A DNA stretch of 64,000 nt, taken from the NCBI GenBank assembly GCA_963555825.3, contig CAUVXB020000002.1, positions 2,080,001-2,144,000 of the forward strand, written 5' to 3'. Below are positions 41,920 through 53,601 of the stretch, one piece after another. Source of the stretch: Alphaproteobacteria bacterium. GTDB taxonomy: Bacteria > Pseudomonadota > Alphaproteobacteria > JAAXGF01. The position numbers were made by a program, and so were the translations under genes. Position 1 is the first letter of the stretch; each line of letters opens with the position of its first letter. Below the pieces are notes generated by a model. It was given only the letters and a program-made list of their open reading frames with translations, was not told the DNA's origin and searched no databases.

Positions 41920-41969
41920 CCCTATGGGCGGCTTTGACAGCGGCGGAACCCGTCACTAGATTGCGCGCC

Positions 41970-43835
41970 ATGAAGCGTTACGACGTCATCGTCATCGGCG
42001 GTGGGCACGCCGGCTGCGAGGCCGCGGCGGCCGCGGCGCGCCTCGGCGCGCGCACGGCGCTGGTCACCCACAAGCGGGCGACGATCGGCGAGATGTCGTG
42101 CAACCCGGCAATCGGCGGCCTCGCCAAGGGCACTCTGGTGCGCGAGATCGATGCGCTCGACGGGCTGATGGGCCGGGTCATCGACCAGGCCGGCATCCAG
42201 TACCGCATGCTCAACCTGTCGAAGGGTCCGGCGGTGCGCGGGCCGCGCGCCCAGGCCGACCGCAAACTTTACCGCGAGGCCATGCAGGCGGCGCTTGCCG
42301 AGGTCGCCGGCCTCGACATCCACGCCGCGGCGGTCGAGGACCTGGCCGTGGACCGCGCCGGGCGCGTCGCCGGCGTGATCACCGCCGGCGATACGACCAT
42401 CGCCGGCGCATCCGTCGTGCTGACCACCGGCACCTTCCTCGGCGGGCTGATCCACATCGGCGACGAGACGTTCGCCGCCGGACGCGTCGGCGACGCGCCG
42501 GCGATCGGCTTGGCCCGGACGCTGCGCCGCGCGGGTTTCGCCATGGGCCGGCTCAAGACCGGCACGCCGCCGCGCCTCGCCCGCGACAGCATCGACTGGG
42601 CCAGCCTACAAGTGCAGCCGGGCGACGACCCGCCGGTGCCGTTCTCCTACCTCACCGAGCGCATCACGCTGCGCCAGGTTCCCTGTCACATCACGGCGAC
42701 AACGCCGGCCGGTCACGCGATCATCCGCGCCAACCTGCACCGCGCGCCGATCTATTCGGGCCAGATCGACGGTACCGGGCCGCGCTACTGCCCGTCGATC
42801 GAGGACAAGGTGGTGCGCTTCGCGGCGCGCGACCGCCACCAGATCTTCCTCGAGCCCGAGGGGCTCGACGACGACACGATCTACCCGAACGGCCTCTCGA
42901 CCTCGCTGCCGCGCAGCGTTCAGGCCGAATTGCTGGCGACCATCCCGGGCCTCGAGCACGCCGAGATGACGCGCCCCGGCTATGCCATCGAATACGATTT
43001 CGTCGATCCGCGCGAGCTGCGCCCGACGCTCGAGACGCGCCGCGTGCCGGGCCTCTACCTGGCCGGTCAGATCAACGGCACCACGGGTTACGAGGAAGCC
43101 GCGGGCCAAGGCTTGATCGCCGGGCTCAACGCGGCGCTCGCCGTGGCCGGCACGGCGCCCTTCACGCTCGACCGCGCCGAGGCCTTCATCGGCGTCATGA
43201 TCGACGACCTGGTGACCCGCGGCACGGTCGAGCCTTACCGTATGTTCACCTCGCGCGCCGAGTACCGGCTCAGCTTACGCGCCGACAACGCCGATTTGCG
43301 GCTGACCGGGCGCGGCGTCGCACTCGGCTGCGTGTCGGACCGGCGCCGTGCGGCGGTCGCGCGCAAGGCGGCGGCGCTCGAGGCGGCGCGACGGACCGTC
43401 CGGGCACGGACCATCACGCCGAGCGCGGCGCGCCGCGCCGGCCTCACCGTCAATCTCGACGGCGTCGCGCGCAGCGCCCACGACCTGCTCGCCTATCCGG
43501 GTGTCGACGTCGCGCGACTCACGGCGATTTGGCCCGAGCTCGGCGCCCTGCCCGCCGCGGTCGCCGAGCAGCTCGAAATCGAGGCGCGCTACGCCGCTTA
43601 TCTCGGGCGCCAGGAGGCCGATATCCGCGCTTTTCGCCGCGACGAGACCCTGGCGCTGCCCGAGGCGCTCGATTACCGCGCGGTCGGCAGCCTGTCGAAC
43701 GAGGTCTACGAGAAGCTCGCCGCCGCGCGCCCCGCGACGCTGGGCGCCGCGTCGCGCATCCCGGGCGTCACGCCGGCGGCGCTGACCGCGCTGTTGCGCT
43801 ACGTGCAGCGCGGCGAGAGCCGCCGCTCCGCTTGA
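41970..43835 (+). CDS. mnmG: tRNA uridine-5-carboxymethylaminomethyl modification enzyme MnmG (GidA)
   Basis: [42 protein letters not shown]. Confidence 0.98.
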   Translation: MKRYDVIVIGGGHAGCEAAAAAARLGARTALVTHKRATIGEMSCNPAIGGLAKGTLVREIDALDGLMGRVIDQAGIQYRMLNLSKGPAVRGPRAQADRKLYREAMQAALAEVAGLDIHAAAVEDLAVDRAGRVAGVITAGDTTIAGASVVLTTGTFLGGLIHIGDETFAAGRVGDAPAIGLARTLRRAGFAMGRLKTGTPPRLARDSIDWASLQVQPGDDPPVPFSYLTERITLRQVPCHITATTPAGHAIIRANLHRAPIYSGQIDGTGPRYCPSIEDKVVRFAARDRHQIFLEPEGLDDDTIYPNGLSTSLPRSVQAELLATIPGLEHAEMTRPGYAIEYDFVDPRELRPTLETRRVPGLYLAGQINGTTGYEEAAGQGLIAGLNAALAVAGTAPFTLDRAEAFIGVMIDDLVTRGTVEPYRMFTSRAEYRLSLRADNADLRLTGRGVALGCVSDRRRAAVARKAAALEAARRTVRARTITPSAARRAGLTVNLDGVARSAHDLLAYPGVDVARLTAIWPELGALPAAVAEQLEIEARYAAYLGRQEADIRAFRRDETLALPEALDYRAVGSLSNEVYEKLAAARPATLGAASRIPGVTPAALTALLRYVQRGESRRSA

Positions 43836-44464
43836 GCCCCGCCGCGCCCTTCGGCCGCGAGGACTTCCACCACGCGACCGGTGTTTCACGTGAAACACTC
43901 GACCGCCTCGACGCCTACGTCGCCCTGCTGACCAAGTGGCAGCGGCGCATCAACCTGATCGCGCCGGCCAGCCTCGGCGACGTCTGGCGGCGCCACCTAC
44001 TCGATTCGGCGCAGCTCGCCGAATATCTGCCCGCCGCGCCGGCACGCCTAGTCGATCTGGGCAGCGGCGCGGGGTTTCCCGGCCTCGTGCTGGCGATCAT
44101 CACGGGCCACGACGTCGAACTGATCGAGAGTGACGGCCGTAAATGCGCTTTTCTCACGGCGGCGGCCGCGGAAACCGGCGCAGAGGTCACGATTCACGAG
44201 GCGCGTATCGAATCGATGCCGCAGGGCCCGGCCGACGTCATCACCGCGCGCGCTTGCGCGCCGCTGAGCCGCTTGCTCGGCTATGCCGAACGCTTCAAAG
44301 GGCCCGATACGGTCTGCCTGTTCCAGAAAGGCGCGCGCGTCGATGAGGAATTGACCGAAGCGGCGAAAAGCTGGATGATGGATTTCCGGCGTTATCCCAG
44401 CCAAACCGACCCTCAGGGAACGCTTTTGTCAGTCCGTGACTTCGCCCGTGCCGCCCGCCGCTAG
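43832..44464 (+). CDS. rsmG: 16S rRNA m7G527 methyltransferase RsmG (GidB)
   Basis: [25 protein letters not shown]; TTG start overlaps the mnmG stop. Confidence 0.94.
   Translation: MSPAAPFGREDFHHATGVSRETLDRLDAYVALLTKWQRRINLIAPASLGDVWRRHLLDSAQLAEYLPAAPARLVDLGSGAGFPGLVLAIITGHDVELIESDGRKCAFLTAAAAETGAEVTIHEARIESMPQGPADVITARACAPLSRLLGYAERFKGPDTVCLFQKGARVDEELTEAAKSWMMDFRRYPSQTDPQGTLLSVRDFARAARR
43882..43897. promoter_or_regulatory. parS site within rsmG
   Basis: Perfect TGTTTCACGTGAAACA encoding VSRET. Confidence 0.93.
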
Positions 44465-45284
44465 CCCCGCGTTTGATGGCGATCGGCAGCCTGAAGCGCG
44501 CCGACGCCCACGAATCGTGGCGATCGCCAACCAAAAGGGCGGTGTCGGCAAGACGACGACCGCGATCAACCTGGGTACCGCGCTGGCGGCCGCGCATAAA
44601 CGCGTGCTGATCCTCGATATCGACCCCCAGGGCAATGCCAGCACGGGCTTCGGCATCGACGTCGCCGACCGCGTGCCGGGCGCCTACGAAATGATCATGG
44701 GCGAGGCGACGCTCGGCGACGCGACGCGGCCCACCATGGTGCCCGGGCTCTCGATCGTGCCGTCGGTCGTCGATCTGTCGGGCGCCGAAGTCGAATTGGC
44801 CGCGATAACGCGCCGCGAATACCAGCTGCGCGCCGCGCTGGCCGAGCGCGTCGGCGACTACGACTACCTGCTGATCGACTGCCCGCCGGCGCTCGGCCTG
44901 TTGACCGTCAACGCGCTGGTCGCCGCCGACGCCCTGATGATACCGCTGCAGTGCGAATTCTTCGCGCTCGAGGGATTGAGCCTTCTGTTGCGCACCGTGC
45001 AGCGCGTGCACCGCCATCTCAACCCGACGCTCGAGATGCTCGGCGTCGTCCTCACCATGTATGACAAGCGGAACAATTTGTCGGCCCAGGTGGCCCAGGA
45101 CGTGCGCGCCTTCCTGGGCGATAAGGTCTATGAAACCGTGATACCGCGCAATGTCCGGGTGTCCGAGGCGCCGTCCCACGGGCGCCCCGTCCTTTTGTAT
45201 GACATGACGTGCGCCGGCGCGCAGGCGTACATCCATTTGGCCAGCGAGGTGCTGCGCCGCGAAGGCGCCGCGCCCGCGACGTGA
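44436..45284 (+). CDS. parA: Chromosome partitioning ATPase ParA
   Basis: NQKGGVGKTTT, DPQGNAS, DCPP, IPRNVR.SEAPS; start uncertain. Confidence 0.96.
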   Translation: MTSPVPPAASPAFDGDRQPEARRRPRIVAIANQKGGVGKTTTAINLGTALAAAHKRVLILDIDPQGNASTGFGIDVADRVPGAYEMIMGEATLGDATRPTMVPGLSIVPSVVDLSGAEVELAAITRREYQLRAALAERVGDYDYLLIDCPPALGLLTVNALVAADALMIPLQCEFFALEGLSLLLRTVQRVHRHLNPTLEMLGVVLTMYDKRNNLSAQVAQDVRAFLGDKVYETVIPRNVRVSEAPSHGRPVLLYDMTCAGAQAYIHLASEVLRREGAAPAT

Positions 45285-45295
45285 AGGAGGCTTCG

Positions 45296-46186
45296 ATGAG
45301 CGATATCTCGGACGACGGCGGCAAGCGCCGCGGTCTCGCCAAGGGTCTCTCGGCGCTGCTCGGCGACGTCGGCACGGCGGTGCTCGACGCGCCCGACGAT
45401 CGCGCGCCGCAATCGGTGCCGGTCGAATATCTGCGTCCGGGGCGCTATCAACCGCGGCGTCGCTTCGACGACGACGATCTCGCGGAACTCGCCGCCTCGA
45501 TACGCGCGGTCGGCGTGTTGCAACCGCTCGTCGTGCGGCGCGACGCCGCCGCGCCGGGGAATTACGAAATCGTCACCGGCGAGCGGCGCTGGCGCGCCGC
45601 ACAGCGCGCGAAACTCCACGACGTGCCGGTCATCGTGCGCGATTTCTCGGATCGCGAGGCGCTCGAGGCGGCGATGATCGAGAACGTCCAGCGCGAGAAT
45701 TTGACCGCGCTCGAGGAGGCCGAGGGTTACCAGCGCCTGGCCGAGGAGTTTTCGCACACTCAGGACGCCCTGGCGCGCGCCGTCGGCAAGAGCCGCAGTC
45801 ACGTCGCCAACACGGTGCGGCTCTTGGGCCTGCCCGACGCGGTCAAGGCGATGCTCGACGACGGCCGGCTCAGCGCCGGCCACGGCCGCGCGCTGCTCGG
45901 TGCACCCGACCCGGCGGCTTTGGCGGTGGAAGTCGCGTCCAAGGGGCTCAACGTGCGCCAGACCGAACGCCTGGTGCGCCGCGCCGCAAAGGGACCGCGC
46001 CAACGCCGGGCGTCGGTCGATGCCGACGACCCCAACACCCGTGCGCTCGAGCGCAGCCTGTCGGACCGCCTGGGCCTCGCGGTCACCATCAAGCACCGCG
46101 ACCCGGGCGGCAGCGTCGAAATCCGGTACAAATCCCTGGAACAGCTCGACGACGTCATCCGCCGCCTCGGCGGCGCGTCAATCTGA
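45296..46186 (+). CDS. parB: Chromosome partitioning protein ParB
   Basis: GLAKGLSALL, GERRWRAA, ENVQRENL, GKSRSHVAN. Confidence 0.96.
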   Translation: MSDISDDGGKRRGLAKGLSALLGDVGTAVLDAPDDRAPQSVPVEYLRPGRYQPRRRFDDDDLAELAASIRAVGVLQPLVVRRDAAAPGNYEIVTGERRWRAAQRAKLHDVPVIVRDFSDREALEAAMIENVQRENLTALEEAEGYQRLAEEFSHTQDALARAVGKSRSHVANTVRLLGLPDAVKAMLDDGRLSAGHGRALLGAPDPAALAVEVASKGLNVRQTERLVRRAAKGPRQRRASVDADDPNTRALERSLSDRLGLAVTIKHRDPGGSVEIRYKSLEQLDDVIRRLGGASI

Positions 46187-46189
46187 ATT

Positions 46190-46392
46190 GAGGCCGGTCT
46201 ATCGCCATTGCATGAGTCGATCGACCCGAATCGATCGGATTATGCCAGCCTGCGCCAATCTAATTGGGACAAGAGGGAGGCCGCCGACCGTTCGGCCAGT
46301 CTTGAATCCATAGCCAGTCTTGATTCCACAAGGGTGTCATGCGCGGCGATTGAGCGCAGGTCGGCTTTGCGAGGCAAAGGTGACCGAAAAAA
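46190..46392 (-). repeat. Dispersed intergenic repeat, copy C
   Basis: Reverse-complement blocks at 46340-46362 and 46279-46298, plus CCCTCTTGTCCCAATTAGATTGGCGCAGGCTGG shared with copy A. Confidence 0.85.
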
Positions 46393-46393
46393 A

Positions 46394-47413
46394 CTATCTT
46401 GCGGCGGCGCGCGCGACCCGCATCAGGGCGCGGGAACAGACCGCTTCGGCCGGATTTCCCGTCGTCTTGCACTCGATTTCGGCTTCCAGCGTAATCGCCA
46501 TCGCCGTTGCGAGCCGCCGTGCCGGCCAGCGGCCGATCTGGCGGCGCATGGCTTCGGCGACGCGGAAATGGACCGGCGGCCGGATCGATTTGATCGCCGC
46601 GTCGGCGCCCTGCCCGCCGGCGACCCGCCCGGCGACCCGGTGCAGGCGCTGCAGATGCCGCGCCATGGCGCGCAGCACGGCGATTGGCGCGGCGCCGTCG
46701 AGGTAGGCACGTGCCAAATCGCGTTCGAGGCGCGCCAGGTCGCCGCCCGCCGCGGCCAGCGCGACGCCATCGAGGGTAACCTGGCCGCTGTCGCCGACGG
46801 CGGCCTCGACATGCGCTTCCGTGATGTGCCGCTCGTCGCCCATATAGGTCACCAGCTTGTCGAGTTCGGCGCGGGTCGCCGCCCGGTCGTTGCCCAGGCT
46901 GGCGCCGAGGTAGTCGCGCGCGCCGGGTGCGATGGTGAAGCCGCCGGCGGCCAGTGCCTCCTCGACGACGCGCTCCAGGTCGCGCCCCTCGTCGGCATAG
47001 CAGGGCAGCGCTGCGGCGTTGTCGGCGTCCTCGAAAAGGCGCCTGAGGCGCGAGCGCGGGCGCAGCTCGCCGGCCTCGACGACGACCAAAGCCTCACCCA
47101 TGGGTGTGTCTAAAAATCGTTTAAAAACATCGGTTTCCGGGTCACCAGCCGCGCGCAGGCGGACCACCCGGCGGCCGCCGGTGAAGGACAACTCGGCGGC
47201 CTCATCGACAAGCCGCGCCGGATCCTCCTTTAGCATTGCCGGCTCGAGCTCGGTGACACGGAACGGGTCGTCGAGCTGTTCGACGACATGGCGCGCCAGC
47301 GCGTCGGCGCGCTCGCGCACGAGGCCCGCGTTCGGGCCGTAGAGCAGGATCGCGCGCGCCGCCGGGTCGGGCTGGCGGATGAAACCGTCGATCCGTGCGC
47401 CAGACAGCTTCAC
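46394..47413 (-). CDS. holA: DNA polymerase III delta subunit
   Basis: ILLYGPNAGLV, SFTGGRRVV, ELDKL..Y, PPVHF; synteny leuS-lptE-holA. Confidence 0.92.
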   Translation of the reverse strand: MKLSGARIDGFIRQPDPAARAILLYGPNAGLVRERADALARHVVEQLDDPFRVTELEPAMLKEDPARLVDEAAELSFTGGRRVVRLRAAGDPETDVFKRFLDTPMGEALVVVEAGELRPRSRLRRLFEDADNAAALPCYADEGRDLERVVEEALAAGGFTIAPGARDYLGASLGNDRAATRAELDKLVTYMGDERHITEAHVEAAVGDSGQVTLDGVALAAAGGDLARLERDLARAYLDGAAPIAVLRAMARHLQRLHRVAGRVAGGQGADAAIKSIRPPVHFRVAEAMRRQIGRWPARRLATAMAITLEAEIECKTTGNPAEAVCSRALMRVARAAAR

Positions 47414-47426
47414 GCCCGTCGCCGCC

Positions 47427-47942
47427 TCAACTCGCCGTGCGTCTGCGCGTGAAAAAGACGCCGAGCAACGTGACGATCTCCTGGGCGGTGGCGCGCGCGA
47501 CGCGGTCGGTCGTGCCGTCGCGCGCCGCAAGCGTCGCGAATTCCGAGTTGACCGCGTTGTAGCCGCCGACCGCGCGCGTCTTGTCGCGGTAGATCACCTT
47601 GCCGCTGGCGATTTCGAGGAGCCAAACCTCGACGGTCAGGCGGAGGCTGAAACGCGTGATCGAATCGTCGTCCTGGATCGCCAGCTGGACCTCGGTGAGC
47701 CGTGTCGTGTAGCTCAGCCTGTAGCGCACAACACTGGGCTCGCCGCGCGGCGACATGCGTTCGATGATTTCGTTGCGCACCAGCTGGCCGAGGCGATCGC
47801 GCGGCGGATCGACGCGGATGGTGCCCATCTCGGCCCGGGTAGCGCGGCCCGGGCCGCCGTACATCGGTTGAAAACCGCAGCCGGCGAGCGTCGTGGCGGG
47901 CAACAGCGCCAAGCCCAGCGCCTGTCGCCTAGACCACGACAT
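47427..47942 (-). CDS. lptE: LPS assembly lipoprotein LptE
   Basis: Lipobox LAGC followed by GFQPMYG; position between leuS and holA. Confidence 0.88.
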   Translation of the reverse strand: MSWSRRQALGLALLPATTLAGCGFQPMYGGPGRATRAEMGTIRVDPPRDRLGQLVRNEIIERMSPRGEPSVVRYRLSYTTRLTEVQLAIQDDDSITRFSLRLTVEVWLLEIASGKVIYRDKTRAVGGYNAVNSEFATLAARDGTTDRVARATAQEIVTLLGVFFTRRRTAS

Positions 47943-50493
47943 TGACGATGCGGTTGGCTACGACGATGACGCGGCGCACCGGTTTATCGCCGATGGCACG
48001 GGCCACGCCTGAATCGGCGAGTGCGGCCGCCTCGGCCGCCGTGTCGTCGATATCGCGGTCGAGTTCGAGCGTCGCGCGCAGCTTGCCGTTGACCTGGACC
48101 GCGACGGTCACCGTGTCTTCGACCAGCAACGCCGGCTCGGCGACCGGCCAGGGCGTGTCGGCGAGCAGCGTCTCGTGGCCCAGCGCGCGCCACATCTGCT
48201 CGGCGATATGTGGCGTCATCGGGCCGATCAGGCGAACCACCGATTCGATCCCCTCGCGCAGCACCCAGGCGACGTCGGCGCCCGCTTCCTCGATCGCCGC
48301 CAGCGTGTTGGTCAACTCGCGCACGCGCGCGACGGCCCGGTTGAAGCGGAACTTGTCGAGGTCGTCGGTCGTCGCGGCGATCGTCTTGTGGATCGCGCGC
48401 CGCGTGCGCTCGGCGGTCGCGCCGAGCCGATGGGGCAGCGCGGCGCCCGGCGCGGCAATCTCCTGCGCCGGTTCGTCGACCATGCGCCATAGGCGGTTGA
48501 GATAGCGCCAGGCGCCCTCGGCGCCGGCGTCGGTCCATTCGAGGTCGCGCTCGGGCGGGCTGTCAGACAGCATGAACAGACGCGCCGTGTCGGCGCCGTA
48601 GGCATCCACGATCGCATCGAGTCCGATCACGTTCTTGCGCGATTTGCTCATCTTCTCCGAGCGGCCGACGGTGACCGGCGCGCCGCTTTCTACGGTCACG
48701 AACGACGATTCGTCGATGCGCCGCACTTCTGCCGGGAAGAGCCAGTTGCCGGCCGTGTCACGGTAGGTCTCGTGGCACACCATGCCCTGGGTCATAAGGC
48801 CCGCGAAGGGCTCGTCGAAATCGAGGTAACCGCAGCGGCGAAGCGCGCGTGTGAAGAAACGTGAGTACAGGAGATGCAGGATGGCGTGCTCGATGCCGCC
48901 GATGTACTGGTCGACCGGCAGCCAATAGGCGACCGCGGCCGCATCGAGCGGATCGTCCGAGTTGGCGCAGGCGAAGCGGGCGAAATACCACGACGATTCG
49001 AAGAAGGTGTCGAAGGTGTCGGTGTCGCGCTGGGCCGTGCCGCCGCAGTTTGGGCAGTCGACGTGGCGCCACGTCGGGTGGCGGTCGAGCGGATTGCCCG
49101 GCGTCTCGAGGTCGACGTCCTCGGGCAGCGTCACCGGCAGCTGGTCCGCGGGCACCGGCACAATGCCGCAGGTATTGCAGTGGATCACTGGGATCGGGCA
49201 GCCCCAGTAGCGCTGGCGCGAGACGCCCCAGTCACGCAGCCGGTAGGTGATCGTGCGTGCGCCATTGCCGGCCGCTGCCATGCGCCGGGCAATTTCTTCC
49301 TTGGCGTCGGCGACGGTCAGGCCGTCGATAAACCCTGAGTTGATCATCTTGCCGTCGCCCGTATAGGCTTGGTCGCGCGCCACCATCGCCGCGGTGTCGA
49401 TGTCGGCACCCGCGACCACTGGGAACACCGGCAGGCCGTACTTGCGCGAGAAGTCGAGATCGCGCTGGTCGTGGCCCGGGCAGCCGAAGATCGCGCCGGT
49501 GCCGTATTCCATGAGCACGAAGTTGGCGACGAAGACCGGCAGCGTGGCGCCCTCGATGAACGGGTGGCGCACCGCGAGGCCGGTGTCGTGACCCCGCTTC
49601 TCGGCGCGCTCGATCGCCTCCTCGCTGGTGCCCATGCTGTTGCACTCGACGATGAACGCGGCCAGCGCCGGGTCATCGCCCGCGAGTTCCTCGGCCAGCG
49701 GGTGGTTCGGCGAAACCGCGCAGAACGTGGCGCCGAAAATCGTATCGTGGCGCGTCGTGAAGACTTCGAGCCGGGCGTCGCGGCCGACCATCTCGAAGAA
49801 CATGCGCAGGCCTTCCGAGCGGCCGATCCAGCGCTCCTGCATCAGACGCACGCGATCGGGCCAGCGCGTCAAACCGTCGAGCGCCTCCAGGAGTTCGTCG
49901 GCGAAATCCGTGATGCGCAGCATCCACTGGGCGCGTTTGCGCTTTTCGACGACCGCGCCCGAGCGCCAACCGCGGCCGTCGATGACTTGCTCGTTGGCCA
50001 GCACGGTTCGGTCGACCGGATCCCAGTTGACCCAGGATTCCTTGCGATAGGCGAGCCCCTCGGCGAGGAAGTCGAGGAACATCTTCTGCTCGTGTCGGTA
50101 GTAAGATACATCACACGTGGTCAGCTCGCGCGACCAGTCGTAGCTCAGCCCCATCGACTGCATCTCGTGCTTCATCACGCCGACGTTCTGCCGCGTCCAC
50201 GCCGCCGGGTGCACCTTGTTCTCGATCGCCGCGTTCTCGGCCGGCAAGCCGAAGGCGTCCCAGCCCATCGGGTGCAGCACGTTGAAGCCCCGCGCGCGCA
50301 TGTAACGGGCGACCACGTCGCCGAGCGTATAATTGCGCACGTGGCCGACGTGGATGCGGCCCGACGGATAGGGGAACATTTCAAGAACATAATAGGGTTC
50401 GCGGTCGGCGTCCTCGGTGACGCGGAAGGTGCCGCGCTCCTCCCAGGTGCGCTGCCATTCGACTTCGACCTGTTTCGCGTTGTAGCGCGCCAT
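47929..50493 (-). CDS. leuS: Leucine--tRNA ligase
   Basis: [26 protein letters not shown]. Confidence 0.98.
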   Translation of the reverse strand: MARYNAKQVEVEWQRTWEERGTFRVTEDADREPYYVLEMFPYPSGRIHVGHVRNYTLGDVVARYMRARGFNVLHPMGWDAFGLPAENAAIENKVHPAAWTRQNVGVMKHEMQSMGLSYDWSRELTTCDVSYYRHEQKMFLDFLAEGLAYRKESWVNWDPVDRTVLANEQVIDGRGWRSGAVVEKRKRAQWMLRITDFADELLEALDGLTRWPDRVRLMQERWIGRSEGLRMFFEMVGRDARLEVFTTRHDTIFGATFCAVSPNHPLAEELAGDDPALAAFIVECNSMGTSEEAIERAEKRGHDTGLAVRHPFIEGATLPVFVANFVLMEYGTGAIFGCPGHDQRDLDFSRKYGLPVFPVVAGADIDTAAMVARDQAYTGDGKMINSGFIDGLTVADAKEEIARRMAAAGNGARTITYRLRDWGVSRQRYWGCPIPVIHCNTCGIVPVPADQLPVTLPEDVDLETPGNPLDRHPTWRHVDCPNCGGTAQRDTDTFDTFFESSWYFARFACANSDDPLDAAAVAYWLPVDQYIGGIEHAILHLLYSRFFTRALRRCGYLDFDEPFAGLMTQGMVCHETYRDTAGNWLFPAEVRRIDESSFVTVESGAPVTVGRSEKMSKSRKNVIGLDAIVDAYGADTARLFMLSDSPPERDLEWTDAGAEGAWRYLNRLWRMVDEPAQEIAAPGAALPHRLGATAERTRRAIHKTIAATTDDLDKFRFNRAVARVRELTNTLAAIEEAGADVAWVLREGIESVVRLIGPMTPHIAEQMWRALGHETLLADTPWPVAEPALLVEDTVTVAVQVNGKLRATLELDRDIDDTAAEAAALADSGVARAIGDKPVRRVIVVANRIVNVVV

Positions 50494-50546
50494 TCTCTAC
50501 GCCGTGCTCGTCCGGAGCTGTTGAAAGCTGCCCGGCGACGCCTGAA

Positions 50547-50809
50547 ATACCAAGGAGCAGTGATAAAGACCCATAGAGACGGCTTGCCGTGGTTTTCGGC
50601 TAGGCGCGCCCGTCGCGGCGATGCAGCGCATCGCAAGGCGGGCGCAACGACGTCCGAGAGCCTCGGCAAGCCGCCCTTCGGGTCGCGGCCGCTTATCGCC
50701 GGAGGGCGCCAGGTTGCCTAGCCGATGCGCTGCATCGCCTGCGGCTCCCTTCCTACCCGGCGAAAAGCGGACGCGATCTCTATGGGCCTTTATCACTGTT
50801 CCTTGGTAT
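50547..50809. mobile_element. MITE-like element with 33-bp terminal inverted repeats
   Basis: ATACCAAGGAGCAGTGATAAAGACCCATAGAGA vs inverted copy at 50777-50809 (31/33 identical); inner IR GCGATGCAGCGCATCG; no transposase. Confidence 0.8.
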
Positions 50810-50888
50810 ATGGCGTGACCGGGCGGGACGTGAATCCTAGCATGGCTCGCACCGCCTTTCCAGCGGTCACGCGGCCCGGCGACCATGC

Positions 50889-53000
50889 TCATGACGCTTC
50901 GGCGAGCGCGTCCTTGAGCGGGCCCAGATGGTGCTCGTAATGACGCCAGCGCCCGACCGAGCGATTGTAGATCGGCTGGCGCACCTGATCGTAGCTCGCC
51001 GTGTTGACGACCCGCCCCGATTCGTGAAAGCGCAAGCATTGCGGGTCCCACTCGAGGCCGATGAAATCGATCAACTCGCGGCTCTTGCCTTCCAGGTCGG
51101 CGACCAAATCCTCGTAGACGATATCCATGATCGGCAGACCCAGCACCACGCGCCAGTGGTCCATCAAGCGCCGATAATCGTTGAAATAGGCGCCCAGGTG
51201 GCCGAGATCGTTGGACTGCAGGTTGCCGCGCGTGAAGTTCTGCATATAGTTGGACAGGCAGGTGTCGAGCGGGTCACGCACGCAATGGACGATCCGCGCG
51301 CCGGCGAAAAGCTGATTGATGAAGCCGAGACGCAGGAAGTTGTTCGGCATCTTGTCGGTCACGCGCGCCGCGTCACCGCCCAGCGCGTTGAGCCTGACGA
51401 GTTGGTTGCCCGCGATCCTATCGAGATCGGCCTCGCCGAGCTCGCCGAGGCATTCGGGAAGCCGGTCATTCTTGCCCAGGCCGCCGGCGTGGTGACGCGC
51501 CGCGGCGCCGATATGCTCGAGCTCACCGCCGCCGAACACCTGTCCATGACTGGCGATGATCTGTTCGGTCAGCGTCGTGCCCGAGCGCGGCATGCCGATG
51601 ATGAACACGGGCAGCGCCGCGCGATTCGAGGCGCGCGGCATGCCGGCGATTCGCTCGGCGTCGTAGAACGCGATCGTGCGGTCGACGAGGTCGGTGAATT
51701 TTACTGGCTGGTAGCCGGGCCTGTTCAGTGCGTTGCCCTCGGCGAAATGGCTAAACGCCTCGTCGAAGGCGTCGTCCGCGTCATAGAGCTTGCCGAGCGT
51801 GAAGTGCAGCAGCTGGCGCTGCGCGCTGGTCAGATTGCCGTCCGTGAGCATACGTTCGATCAATTCGGCGGCCTCGTCCCGTCTGTCGAAGCGTCGTGCC
51901 ATGCGGCCGAACAGCGCCGCGATCGCGGCATTCGGCTGTCCCGCGTCGATCAGCGGTCGGACGATCTCGTAGCAGCCGTCGATGTCGCCCTTGAGCTCGA
52001 GAATCCAAGCCTTGCCGGCATGCGCCGTTGGCGAGTCCGGATCGCGCCGCATCATGTCGTCGTAATGCGCCAGCGCGCCATCGGTGTCGCCGCGATCGAT
52101 CAGCACCTCGCCGAGGCCGACCAGCGCGTTCGTATGATCTGGCGTGCAGCGCAGCGCCTCGCGGTATTCGCGCTCGGCGTCGGCCGAGTAACCGACCCTG
52201 CGATAGATATTCGCCAAGCCATTGTGCGCCGCGGCGTAATCCGCGTTGGCCTCGATCGCGGCATCGAAGCTCGCAATCGCGTCGTCGAGCCGACCCAGCC
52301 CCAAGAGGGTGATGCCCAGGTTGTTGTGCGCCTCGGCGTGGCCCGGCGCCAGGCGCAGCGCCTTGCGGAACGAACCCTCGGCCTCGGCGTAGGCCTCGCG
52401 CACGAGATGGCTGTTGCCCAGGTTGTTGTGCGCGTCGGCGAAGTTGGGCATCAGGCTCAGCGCCCGGCGGGCGCTGGCCTCGCCCTCCTCGACCCGCTCG
52501 AGGCCCAGCAACACGGTGGCGAGGTTGTTGTGCACGCGCGGACCCCCGGGCGCCCTCCCGACCGCACGACGGCAGTACCGCTCCGCCTCGTCGAGCCGGC
52601 CGAGCGCGAGCAAAGCGCCACCCATGCCCTTGAGCGCCTCGATGTGGGTCGGCTCGAGCTCAAGCGTGCGCTTGAAGCTGTTGCCGGCCTCGTCCGGCTT
52701 CTTGGCCGCCTGATAGGCGAGGCCCAGATTGTAGTGATAGACCGGATTGCGGCGGTTGACGGCAATCGCGCGTGTCAGATAATCGATCGCGGCGTCCGGG
52801 GTGCCGCGCTGGCCGGCCAGCACGCCGAGAAATTGGAGCGCGTCCGGTTGCTCCGGATGTGTGGCGAGAATTTCGTTGTAAAGCCTCTCGGCGTCGTCGA
52901 AGCGGCCGGCGCGATGATGGTCGATCGCCGCCTGGAGATTGCGCGCGAGCGGGCTCTTGATGGCCGGCCCGGCGCCGCCCGTCGGTTGCCCGTTCGTCAT
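50889..53000 (-). CDS. TPR repeat-containing sulfotransferase
   Basis: Many AHNNLG-type TPRs; IGMPRSGTTL PAPS-binding motif, DKMP, RDPLD, YEDLV, TASYDQVRQP. Confidence 0.93.
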   Translation of the reverse strand: MTNGQPTGGAGPAIKSPLARNLQAAIDHHRAGRFDDAERLYNEILATHPEQPDALQFLGVLAGQRGTPDAAIDYLTRAIAVNRRNPVYHYNLGLAYQAAKKPDEAGNSFKRTLELEPTHIEALKGMGGALLALGRLDEAERYCRRAVGRAPGGPRVHNNLATVLLGLERVEEGEASARRALSLMPNFADAHNNLGNSHLVREAYAEAEGSFRKALRLAPGHAEAHNNLGITLLGLGRLDDAIASFDAAIEANADYAAAHNGLANIYRRVGYSADAEREYREALRCTPDHTNALVGLGEVLIDRGDTDGALAHYDDMMRRDPDSPTAHAGKAWILELKGDIDGCYEIVRPLIDAGQPNAAIAALFGRMARRFDRRDEAAELIERMLTDGNLTSAQRQLLHFTLGKLYDADDAFDEAFSHFAEGNALNRPGYQPVKFTDLVDRTIAFYDAERIAGMPRASNRAALPVFIIGMPRSGTTLTEQIIASHGQVFGGGELEHIGAAARHHAGGLGKNDRLPECLGELGEADLDRIAGNQLVRLNALGGDAARVTDKMPNNFLRLGFINQLFAGARIVHCVRDPLDTCLSNYMQNFTRGNLQSNDLGHLGAYFNDYRRLMDHWRVVLGLPIMDIVYEDLVADLEGKSRELIDFIGLEWDPQCLRFHESGRVVNTASYDQVRQPIYNRSVGRWRHYEHHLGPLKDALAEAS

Positions 53001-53064
53001 CGCCGGGCGCCCGGCGCGGCGCGGCGGCTTGCGTCTTCGTGGTCGAGGATCAACGGGCGGGTGT

Positions 53065-53601
53065 CTACTGGGCGATACCGGCGATGCGCATCTGGCGCGC
53101 GCGGGTGAGGATCGCATTCTCGAGTTGGCTTGCCGTCGAGGCGCTGACCGGGCCGTCGACCCAGTTGCCGGTGGTGTCGCGCAGCTGGCGGAACACGGCG
53201 ACCTTCAGCCCGTCGGCGCGCAATTCGCGGCTCAGGATATAAACCGTCATCTTGAACCGTTCGCCGCTGCTTTCGGGCGGCATGAACCAGTCCGTGATGA
53301 CGACGCCGCCGAAGGGATCTGCTGACGACAGCGGCATGAACGAAACGGTGTCCAGCGTGGCGCGCCAAAGATAGACATTCACAGGTATGGGTACCGCCAG
53401 GCCTTGCTGCTGCTTATTCTTGCCGCCAAACAGCGGTAATCCGCCCGGGCCGAATATACTTCCCTGTTCATCGCGTTCATCGCCATACTGAGGGTGTTTC
53501 CCAAATGTTTCCGGGTAGTCGTATTCCATTCGGTCGTCGGAGCATCCAATAATTCCGATCGCGAGCGCCGACACCGCGACGGTGGTGCGGATCCGAGCCA
53601 T
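53065..53601 (-). CDS. DUF3576 domain lipoprotein
   Basis: VN.YLWRATLDT.SFMPL.SADPFGGVVITDW; lipobox IIGC; start uncertain. Confidence 0.88.
   Translation of the reverse strand: MARIRTTVAVSALAIGIIGCSDDRMEYDYPETFGKHPQYGDERDEQGSIFGPGGLPLFGGKNKQQQGLAVPIPVNVYLWRATLDTVSFMPLSSADPFGGVVITDWFMPPESSGERFKMTVYILSRELRADGLKVAVFRQLRDTTGNWVDGPVSASTASQLENAILTRARQMRIAGIAQ

Noticed and set aside
42098-43831. N-terminal part of the 788-aa ORF
   Set aside because: Alternative frame of mnmG; only 43832-44464 (RsmG) is real
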